Positions 56,651 through 64,000 of a stretch of 64,000 bases of DNA are shown here, in pieces. Made by a program: the position numbers and the translations under genes. Under the pieces are notes generated by a model that did not search any database, was not told where the DNA came from, and saw only the letters and a program-made list of their open reading frames with translations. The DNA is from Candidatus Hydrogenedentota bacterium. GTDB taxonomy: Bacteria > Hydrogenedentota > Hydrogenedentia > Hydrogenedentales > JAEUWI01. The first letter of the stretch is position 1, and the number at the start of each line of letters is the position of its first letter. Location: contig JAXMOL010000031.1 of NCBI GenBank assembly GCA_034669905.1, positions 1 to 64,000 on the forward strand, given 5' to 3'.

Positions 56651-58027
56651 ATGAGCTTCTCCCGTTTCTTTTCTTCGGCGTATCGCGGTCTTTTCCCGGT
56701 GCTGGTCGCTGTCGTGGGGACGACGTCCATTTTCCCCGTGGCGAACGCATCCCCGTCAGCCGCCGAGCAGCGCACCAAGCCCCGGGTTATCGTCACCACG
56801 GACGGAGAGACAGACGACCGGTGTTCCATGAACCGCTTCCTCCTCTACACCAATGAGGTGGAGGTCCTGGGCCTTATCCACTCCAGTTCCAAGCACCATT
56901 GGAAGGGAGACCGCGAACACGCCCCCAAGAAATGGGAACCGGTGGTCTGGCTGGATGAAATGCTGGACAACTACGCGGCCGTCTACCCCAACCTGCGCCT
57001 CCACGAGGATGACTACCCCACCCCCGACTACTTGCGCGAACAGGTCTTCGTGGGCAACATCGCCTATGAAGGGGAAATGACCCTGGAAACCCCCGGCTCC
57101 AATCGCATTGTGGAGGTCCTACTCGACGAAAACCCGGCCCCCGTGTGGCTCCAGGCCTGGGGCGGTCCGAACACCATCGCCCGCGCCTTGAAGACCATCG
57201 AAGCAAAGCATCCGGAAAAAATGGCGGCCGTCGCGAAGAAGGCGCGCATCTTTCTCATCTCCGAGCAGGACAAAACCTACAAATCCTACATTCGCGGTGC
57301 GTGGCCCACGATTCAAGTGATACGCAGTGGCTATGAATCCTACGGGATCATCGCCTACCGGTGGGACCAACAACAGTCGGCCGAGGTCCAGCCCTATTTC
57401 GAGACGGAATGGATGGGCACCCACATCACCTCCGGGCATGGTCCCCTCTGCGCGGCCTATGAGACCAGGAAAGGCCGCTTTCGTTCTGAGGGGGACTCCC
57501 CCGCCTTTCTCCATGTCCTTCACACCGGCCTGCGCAGCGAGGAAGATCCGCGTTATGGGGGCTGGGGCGGCCGTTTCGCCTTCAGCAACGGCATGTGGCG
57601 CTCGGTGGACGAAGCCAACTCGGACCCCCACAGCATTGGCCGCTGGGCCATCGAATTTCAGAATGACTGGGCCGCCCGGGCCGACTGGTGCGTAGCGCCC
57701 GTCGAAGAAGCCAATCACCATCCCGTCATCGCCCTGTCCGGCCCCCTGGACCGGAGCGTCAAGGCGGGTGACGCCATCACGCTCGATGCCCACGGCACGA
57801 CGGACCCGGATGGCAATGGGCTGACCTTCCAATGGTGGCACTACGCGGAAGCCTCGACCTACACCCAAGCCGTTTCCCTGAATACGCCCACGTCGGCCAC
57901 GACAACCGTCACCATACCCGACGACGCCGTCCCGGGCGACACCATCCATATCGTTTGCACCGTGCGCGACGACGGCACGCCTCCCCTTGCCCGTCACGCC
58001 CGCCACCTGTTCACCGTATCCAAGTAA
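56651..58027 (+). CDS. Secreted DUF1593 nucleoside-hydrolase-like protein with C-terminal Ig-like domain
   Basis: RVIVTTDGETDD, WGGPNT, SEGDSPAFL, GGWGGRF and FQNDWAARADW. Confidence 0.88.
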   Translation: MSFSRFFSSAYRGLFPVLVAVVGTTSIFPVANASPSAAEQRTKPRVIVTTDGETDDRCSMNRFLLYTNEVEVLGLIHSSSKHHWKGDREHAPKKWEPVVWLDEMLDNYAAVYPNLRLHEDDYPTPDYLREQVFVGNIAYEGEMTLETPGSNRIVEVLLDENPAPVWLQAWGGPNTIARALKTIEAKHPEKMAAVAKKARIFLISEQDKTYKSYIRGAWPTIQVIRSGYESYGIIAYRWDQQQSAEVQPYFETEWMGTHITSGHGPLCAAYETRKGRFRSEGDSPAFLHVLHTGLRSEEDPRYGGWGGRFAFSNGMWRSVDEANSDPHSIGRWAIEFQNDWAARADWCVAPVEEANHHPVIALSGPLDRSVKAGDAITLDAHGTTDPDGNGLTFQWWHYAEASTYTQAVSLNTPTSATTTVTIPDDAVPGDTIHIVCTVRDDGTPPLARHARHLFTVSK

Positions 58028-58047
58028 GACCAACCTGAGGAACCCCC

Positions 58048-59070
58048 ATGCTGTCCCTACTTATCGCTGGAATCGCCGGACTGGGCGTCATTGAAAACGC
58101 CCCGGAACCCATCCCGCCCCTTCCCATCATCTACGACACCGACATGGGCAATGACGTGGACGACGGGTATGCCCTGGGCATGATCCACGCCCTCGCCTCC
58201 CGGGGCGAATGTGAACTGCTGGCCGTCACCGTCACCAAAGACCACGAGCTGGCCGGACCCTTTGTGGATGTGCTGAACACCTTCTATGGCCACGGCGACA
58301 TCCCCATCGGCGTGGTGCGTAACGGTCCCGAACCCCACGAAGGCAAGTTTCTGGGCCTGGCCGCCGAAAAGCAGGGGGACGCCTATCGCTATCCCCACGA
58401 CCTCCTTTCCGGTAAGGACGCGCCCGACGCCACCACCCTCCTGCGCAAGACGCTGGCGTCCCAGGCAGACGGCTCCGTGGTCATCGTGCAGGTAGGCTTC
58501 TCCACCAATCTCGCCCGTCTCCTGGATAGCCCGGCAGACGACATCTCTCCCCTCACCGGTCGGGAGCTGGCCGAAAAGAAGGTCAAGGTCATCTCGGTCA
58601 TGGCCGGTGCCTTCGAGCCCCACAACGACAAGCCCCATCGAGAATACAATGTGGCCCTCGACGTGCCCGCAGCCCAGCGCCTCACTACCGACTGGCCCAC
58701 ACCCATTATCTACAGTGGCTTTGAAGTGGGCCTCAAGACCCGCCTGCCCAAGGAGGCCATCATGCACGACTTCGACTACGTGCCCGACCACCCCATGGCC
58801 GCAGCCAACCGCTTGTACAACAACAAATACAATAGCCAGCCCTCCTGGGACCTGACCAGCGTCTTGTGGGCCGTGCGCCCCGACCGGGGATATTTTGGTC
58901 TCTCCGAGAAGGGGCGTGTATCCTACGATGCGCAAGGCTTTACGACCTGGACGCCCGACCCCGAAGGCACCCACCAGTATCTCACGGTGGATGCCCTGCA
59001 GGCGGAGCGGGTGAAAGAAAACATGACGACACTGGCCAGTGAAGCGCCCCACTGCGCAACACAACGATAG
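58048..59070 (+). CDS. Inosine-uridine-preferring nucleoside hydrolase family protein
   Basis: IIYDTDMGNDVDD, VMAG, EYNV and SWDL. Confidence 0.88.
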   Translation: MLSLLIAGIAGLGVIENAPEPIPPLPIIYDTDMGNDVDDGYALGMIHALASRGECELLAVTVTKDHELAGPFVDVLNTFYGHGDIPIGVVRNGPEPHEGKFLGLAAEKQGDAYRYPHDLLSGKDAPDATTLLRKTLASQADGSVVIVQVGFSTNLARLLDSPADDISPLTGRELAEKKVKVISVMAGAFEPHNDKPHREYNVALDVPAAQRLTTDWPTPIIYSGFEVGLKTRLPKEAIMHDFDYVPDHPMAAANRLYNNKYNSQPSWDLTSVLWAVRPDRGYFGLSEKGRVSYDAQGFTTWTPDPEGTHQYLTVDALQAERVKENMTTLASEAPHCATQR

Positions 59071-59081
59071 AGGGAGTCCCC

Positions 59082-62000
59082 ATGAAACGCATTGTATCGA
59101 TAGCCCCCCTGCTGGTGCTCGCACTGGCCCCCTTCGCCCAGGGCGAATCCGTCACCCTGCTCGACGATGACTTCAGCAGCTACCCTGCGGGATTATTTTC
59201 CTCCACGGTGGGTGCCCACACGGAATACCACTACCTCCCCGAAGCGGCGGCCAAGGGCAACTGGTCCGTAACCACCTTTCGCTCCAGCATCCCCTCCCAA
59301 CGGGCCTGGCGCATTGTGGAGTCCGACGGTGAAGCCGCCATGGGCCAGTTCTACAAGAACAAGTACACCTTCTACCACCCCATGCTCATGTCCGGCGACC
59401 GGGCCTGGCAGGATTACACCGCCACCGTCACCATGACGCCCCAAAGCGACGAGGGGCAACGGGGCCTGGTCTTCCGCTACCGCAACGACCGGTGTTATTA
59501 CTTTCTTGGGGTCGACGGGCAGCGCGCGGTGCTGAAACTCGTGCAGCATGCCACCGACTTTCACAAGCCCTACGAAAAAATCCTGGCGGAAGCCCCGCTG
59601 GATTGGGCCGTCGACAAGGCCCTCGAGATTTCCGTGATCGTAACGGGAAATCGCCTCCAGGGCCAGGTAGGCGGTGTCTCCCTCCAGGCAGAAGACGACG
59701 TCTTCCCCGATGGGCAGATTGCCATTACGGCGGACCAGGCCACCCTCTTTCACGACGTGACGGTGACCTGCGCCCCCGAAGAAGCCCAACGCATCCAGTC
59801 GGTTATCGCCGCACGGGAAGCGGAAGAAGCAGCCCTCCAGGCCAATAACCCCACCATGAAGCGGTGGAAGCGCCTCGACCTGAAAGACTTTGGCGTAGGG
59901 CGGAACGCCCGCTTCGGCGACCTGAATGGTGACGGGCAAATCGATGTGCTCCTCACGCAGGTCTTACACCATGGCCCTAAGGACCGGAACAGCGAAGTGG
60001 CCTGCATGACGGCCATGACCTTCGACGGTGAAATGCTCTGGCAACTCGGCGAGCCCGACCCCTGGAAAAACCACCTGACCAACGATGTGGCGGTCCAAAT
60101 CCACGACCTCGATGGCGATGGGAAGAACGAAGTCATCTACTGCAAAGACATGGTGATCACCGTGGCTGACGGCGCGACGGGCGAAACGAAGTTTTCCGCG
60201 CCCACCCCCGAGATGCCGGCAAACACCAAGGTGCCCTATGACAAGTTCCCCCGCATCCTCGGCGACAGCCTCTTCTTCTGCGACCTCCGGGGCACGGGAC
60301 GCGATGCCGATATCATCATCAAAGACCGCTACCTCAGTGTCTGGGCCCTCAACGACAAACTGGAAGTGATGTGGCATGCCCAGTGCAACACGGGCCACTA
60401 CCCCTATGCCTACGACGTCGATGGCGACGGCAAAGACGAAGTCATGATGGGCTACACCCTCTTCGACGATGACGGCACCAAGCTCTGGACCAATGAAGAC
60501 AAAGTGAAAGACCACGCAGACGGCGTCGCCATTGTGCCCTACAAGGTGGGCGAGGCCCCCCGCCTCCTCTGTGCCGCCAGTGACGAGGGTATGTTCTTCG
60601 CCGATATGGACGGCAAAATCCTCAAGCATCATTACCTCGGCCACGTGCAGAACCCGGCCATCGCGGACTTTCGTCCCGACCTCCCCGGCCTGGAGTCGAT
60701 CTCCATCAACTTCTGGGGCAACCAGGGCATCGTCCATTTCTACGATGCCGAAGGCGATATCTACCACGACTTCGAGCCCGCCCAACACGGCAGCATGTGT
60801 CTTCCCGTCAACTGGACCGGAAAGCCCGGCGAGTTCTGGATCCTTTCCGCCAACGTCGACGAAGGCGGCGTCTTCGACGGTTGGGGGCGGCGTGTAGTCA
60901 GGTTCCCCGCTGATGGGCATCCCGACATGGCCAACGCCGTGATGGACATCACCGGCGATGCGCGGGAAGAAATCGTGGTGTGGGATGCCTCCGAGATGTG
61001 GGTCTACACCCAGTCCGACAGCCCCCTCCCCTCGGTGGAATTCGTCACCGAGAAGAACCCGCTCTACAACTACTCGAATTACCAGACGACCGTATCGATT
61101 CCCGTCTCGGGCGAAACCGCCCGCTACACGCCCATCAACACGAAACTGTTTCACGACAGTATCTCCCACTGGGAAAAGAAATATGGCCGCGACCGTAACG
61201 ATGCCCGTTTCGCCCCCCACGAAATCGTCGCCATTGCCGACAACATCCTCCGCTATCAAAACGAAGACGGCGGATGGCCCAAGGATCTGGACTGGCTCGC
61301 AAACATCGACGAGGCCACCGTGCGTCAGTTGCGGGGAGAATCGCTGAATCGCAGTACCCTCGATAACCACGGCACCTTTCCGCAGGTGGAATACCTCGCC
61401 AAGGCCCATCATGCGACGGGGGAAGCCCGCTTCCGTGTGGGTGCCGAAAAAGGCCTGGACTACATCTTCGCCGAACAACGCCCCACCGGCGGCTGGCGCG
61501 GTGCCGATGTGGATGCCATCACTTTCAACGACGACGTCATGACGGGCGTCATGGAATTGCTGCTGGATATCCGGTCGGAGGCCACCCACTTCGCCTGGCT
61601 CGATGAGACCCGACGTGCCCATGCGGCCAAATCCCTCGAAAAGGCCATCGAATGCACCCTGGCCTCTCAGATTGTCGTGGACGGGAAAAAGACCGCGTGG
61701 TGCCAACAGCACGACCACGAGACCTTCGCCCCCGTAGATGCGCGCAACTATGAGCTGGCTTCTATCAGCTCCCGGGAGAGCGCTGATGTGGTGCGATTCC
61801 TCATGTCCCTGCCGGAACCCGACGCCCGGGTGGAAGAAGCCATCACGGCCGCGGTGGCCTGGTTGGAAGCGTCCCAACTCGCTGGTCTTCGGATTAAGAA
61901 CGTGCCCATTGAGCCGGTGCGTTTTGAAAACCATACCACCCGCATCGACCGCGTGCTGGTAACCGACCCGGAAGCCCCACCACTCTGGGCCCGCTTTTAC

Positions 62001-62198
62001 GACATCGACAGCAACGAACCCCTCTTCTGTCGGCGAGACGGCACCCGTGTCGCTACCTACGACGAAGTGGAACTGGAACGGCGCACCGGCTACGCCTGGT
62101 ATGGCGACTGGCCCGACGACCTGCTCAACCGCGACTTCCCCGCATGGCAGGCCCGGCACGCCCACAAAGGGGCATCGGAACATTTCGCGTCCCGCTGA
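59082..62198 (+). CDS. Secreted fusion: lectin-like domain + FG-GAP/PL11-like beta-propeller + PL10 pectate lyase
   Basis: GDLNGDG, DLDGDGKNE and DVDGDGKDE repeats; PL10 motifs YQNEDGGWPK, STLDN, ITFNDD, WCQQHD, ARNYEL, WARFYD and ERRTGYAWYG. Confidence 0.88.
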   Translation: MKRIVSIAPLLVLALAPFAQGESVTLLDDDFSSYPAGLFSSTVGAHTEYHYLPEAAAKGNWSVTTFRSSIPSQRAWRIVESDGEAAMGQFYKNKYTFYHPMLMSGDRAWQDYTATVTMTPQSDEGQRGLVFRYRNDRCYYFLGVDGQRAVLKLVQHATDFHKPYEKILAEAPLDWAVDKALEISVIVTGNRLQGQVGGVSLQAEDDVFPDGQIAITADQATLFHDVTVTCAPEEAQRIQSVIAAREAEEAALQANNPTMKRWKRLDLKDFGVGRNARFGDLNGDGQIDVLLTQVLHHGPKDRNSEVACMTAMTFDGEMLWQLGEPDPWKNHLTNDVAVQIHDLDGDGKNEVIYCKDMVITVADGATGETKFSAPTPEMPANTKVPYDKFPRILGDSLFFCDLRGTGRDADIIIKDRYLSVWALNDKLEVMWHAQCNTGHYPYAYDVDGDGKDEVMMGYTLFDDDGTKLWTNEDKVKDHADGVAIVPYKVGEAPRLLCAASDEGMFFADMDGKILKHHYLGHVQNPAIADFRPDLPGLESISINFWGNQGIVHFYDAEGDIYHDFEPAQHGSMCLPVNWTGKPGEFWILSANVDEGGVFDGWGRRVVRFPADGHPDMANAVMDITGDAREEIVVWDASEMWVYTQSDSPLPSVEFVTEKNPLYNYSNYQTTVSIPVSGETARYTPINTKLFHDSISHWEKKYGRDRNDARFAPHEIVAIADNILRYQNEDGGWPKDLDWLANIDEATVRQLRGESLNRSTLDNHGTFPQVEYLAKAHHATGEARFRVGAEKGLDYIFAEQRPTGGWRGADVDAITFNDDVMTGVMELLLDIRSEATHFAWLDETRRAHAAKSLEKAIECTLASQIVVDGKKTAWCQQHDHETFAPVDARNYELASISSRESADVVRFLMSLPEPDARVEEAITAAVAWLEASQLAGLRIKNVPIEPVRFENHTTRIDRVLVTDPEAPPLWARFYDIDSNEPLFCRRDGTRVATYDEVELERRTGYAWYGDWPDDLLNRDFPAWQARHAHKGASEHFASR

Positions 62199-62232
62199 GG
62201 CGGACGCGGCATAGAAAACAGTTTCAAATAGG

Positions 62233-62277
62233 AAGGGCGACCCCGGTCCACACGGACCCGGGTCGCCCCTATTTTTT
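62233..62277 (+). terminator. Rho-independent terminator
   Basis: GGGCGACCC..GGTCC-ACAC-GGACC..GGGTCGCCC plus T run. Confidence 0.75.
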
Positions 62278-62712
62278 GGGCGCGCGGACAATTAAAGGGG
62301 GAAGGCGAGTCACGGCGGGTATATCGTGCCACCCGATCCCACGCGACCGCTGGTCGTGTCGTAGATTCGCCGCAGGAGAATTCGGGTGCCTTGAGCCTTA
62401 TCGAACACGTATTTCGTGGATGACGATACCGTGGCCTTTTAAGGTCATCGTGCCACGCGATGGCGAGCCCTGCGAGCTTTCGTGTGCATGGAGTACGATT
62501 GACGAAGAGCCAGACTGGAAAACGCTATTCGGGCGTCCGCCTATCCCCCTGGAACGAGACGCCCTCGCTCAACGTGTGTGTTAAGGATAAGTTCACTTCT
62601 CCTCCACGCACACGAAACCTCGTTTTACTCGGCATCGCGTGGCACGGGATCAGATCCCACTGATCGAAACAGACGTTACAATCCATAGTGGGCTTCAGCG
62701 CCCCCACTCCCG

Positions 62713-63750
62713 CTACATATACACTTCCACCCCGGTGCGACTCGACTCATAGGCGGCCTGCGCGATGGCCACGGCCTGGCGCCCATCCCATCCAGTGCCC
62801 TCCATGTCTCCCCCATGAACCCCATCCACCAGGCGTTGCAACGCCGTCGCATAGGTCTTCAGCCGGACGGGATCCAGAAAGCCCTTCCCGGCCCAGTCGA
62901 TTTTCTCCTGCTCCGCCAGGACCTCCCACGCGCCCCCCGCTTTCGCGACACGGAGTTCTCCGTACCAATCGGAATCGATGAGCCCCTTCTCCAGCGTTAC
63001 CTGGGTCGAACCGCCCGTGCGTGGGATCCCGGGGCTCGGCACTTCAAAGGAACAAAAGATGGTGCAGACGGTGCCGTCTTCCAGCGTTACTATAAGGTCG
63101 GCGGTAGAATCGACGTCGTAATCAGGGTCAAAAGAGCGGACCTTCGCGAACACTTTCGTAACTTCCTGGCCGGTAAGCCAACGGAGTTGGTCGATATTGT
63201 GAATACCATGACCAATCAGGATGCCCACATTCTCCTTCTCTAACTGCCAGGCGGGCGTGCTCTTCATGCCATCGGGCACGACCTGGGTATTGTGAATGTG
63301 ACGCACTTTTCCAAGCGTCCCCCCGTCTATCAGGCGCTTCATCTCTGTATTGCAGATACGGTCTCGCTGGGTGTAGGTAATGTCGCAACGTAACCGTCCC
63401 GCCTTGCAGGCCTTGAGGATGGCATCACATTCGGCGACGGTGCAGGCCATGGGCTTGTCAATAAGCAGGTGCTTGCCCGCATTGGCGGCGGCCAAGGCCT
63501 GAAAGCCATGGAGAGAGTGGGGCGTCGCAATGCAGATGATATCCACGTCTTCGCGGGACAGGAGCGCCTCCTCCGATTCTTCAAAGGCCACGTCGTATTC
63601 TTCGGCAAGGCCCTGGGCACGGCTTCCCACCGCCACGGCCTTCAGCGTCGCCCCGGTGACCTGCGTGGCAATGGTACGGGCATAGGTCTGCCCCATGAAT
63701 CCCGCGCCGATAATTCCGATTCCAAGTGTCTTCCCGTCCTGTGCTACCAT
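62713..63750 (-). CDS. Gfo/Idh/MocA-family oxidoreductase
   Basis: IGIIGAGFMG, ATPHSLH, GKHLLIDKPMA and GHGIHNID. Confidence 0.92.
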   Translation of the reverse strand: MVAQDGKTLGIGIIGAGFMGQTYARTIATQVTGATLKAVAVGSRAQGLAEEYDVAFEESEEALLSREDVDIICIATPHSLHGFQALAAANAGKHLLIDKPMACTVAECDAILKACKAGRLRCDITYTQRDRICNTEMKRLIDGGTLGKVRHIHNTQVVPDGMKSTPAWQLEKENVGILIGHGIHNIDQLRWLTGQEVTKVFAKVRSFDPDYDVDSTADLIVTLEDGTVCTIFCSFEVPSPGIPRTGGSTQVTLEKGLIDSDWYGELRVAKAGGAWEVLAEQEKIDWAGKGFLDPVRLKTYATALQRLVDGVHGGDMEGTGWDGRQAVAIAQAAYESSRTGVEVYM

Positions 63751-63843
63751 GCTGATTCCCTTTTAAATGCGGCTTGTTGGTCGAAGGCGTATACTAGCCC
63801 AGACGGCCACCCCACGCAAAACCGGACGCCCAAGGAACCTCTT

Positions 63844-64000
63844 ATGTCACGCCTTGCCATCGCCCTCGTTATCGTAGTAACGGGACTCGCCACCGCCCTT
63901 CCCGCCTCGGCCTGGCCAGGCTTCACCTGGGAAATCTGGCAGTCTACCACCCACGTGGAAGCACCGGGCATCGTGCGCCCCCAGGCCGGAAGAAGCGACC
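63844..64000 (+). CDS. 5' end of a secreted protein (runs off the window)
   Basis: AAGGA RBS, ATG 63844, MSRLAIALVIVVTGLATALPASA signal peptide; frame open to the end. Confidence 0.6.
   Translation, partial: MSRLAIALVIVVTGLATALPASAWPGFTWEIWQSTTHVEAPGIVRPQAGRSD

Noticed and set aside
59964..62291. Long antisense ORFs (e.g. 59964-62291, 45042-46763, 34360-35994, 1770-3248, 49952-51103)
   Set aside because: Shadow frames of well-supported GC-rich genes on the opposite strand
62280..62712. Small ORF fragments between the lyase terminator and the oxidoreductase
   Set aside because: Short, with no recognisable family or RBS; cannot be supported

Overview
A GC-rich bacterial chromosomal window, most likely Candidatus Hydrogenedentota. 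This assignment is an inference from the DUF1559/prepilin protein at 50066, which has the '[16 protein letters not shown]...[17 protein letters not shown]' tail. Most of the window encodes secreted carbohydrate-active or hydrolytic proteins (three DUF1080 domains, BNR sialidase-like, SGNH, GH13, a PL11-like/PL10 fusion, nucleoside hydrolases) and housekeeping genes (DEAD-box helicase, ppk2, Glu dehydrogenase, cinA, rlpA-like, glpQ). The most unusual region is an AT-rich island (about 52.1-56.0 kb) next to tRNA-Leu(TAA). It holds an orphan Rhs core/toxin, immunity genes and gene fragments, punctuated by co-oriented copies (two of about 255 bp, one partial) of a TIR-bounded miniature element. 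The element still encodes the first and last ~20 codons of a RAYT-like Y1/HUH transposase, joined at a REP half-site. Other oddities: a tRNA-Asn-like 3' half interrupted by two short palindromes at the window start, interleaved inverted-repeat pairs at 33.7-34.0 kb, two signal peptides built from the same 9-nt periodic DNA repeat, a solitary AT-rich AIPR gene, and a tandem DUF1080 duplication with domain fusion. Family names come from recognising motifs by eye; no database searches were run.
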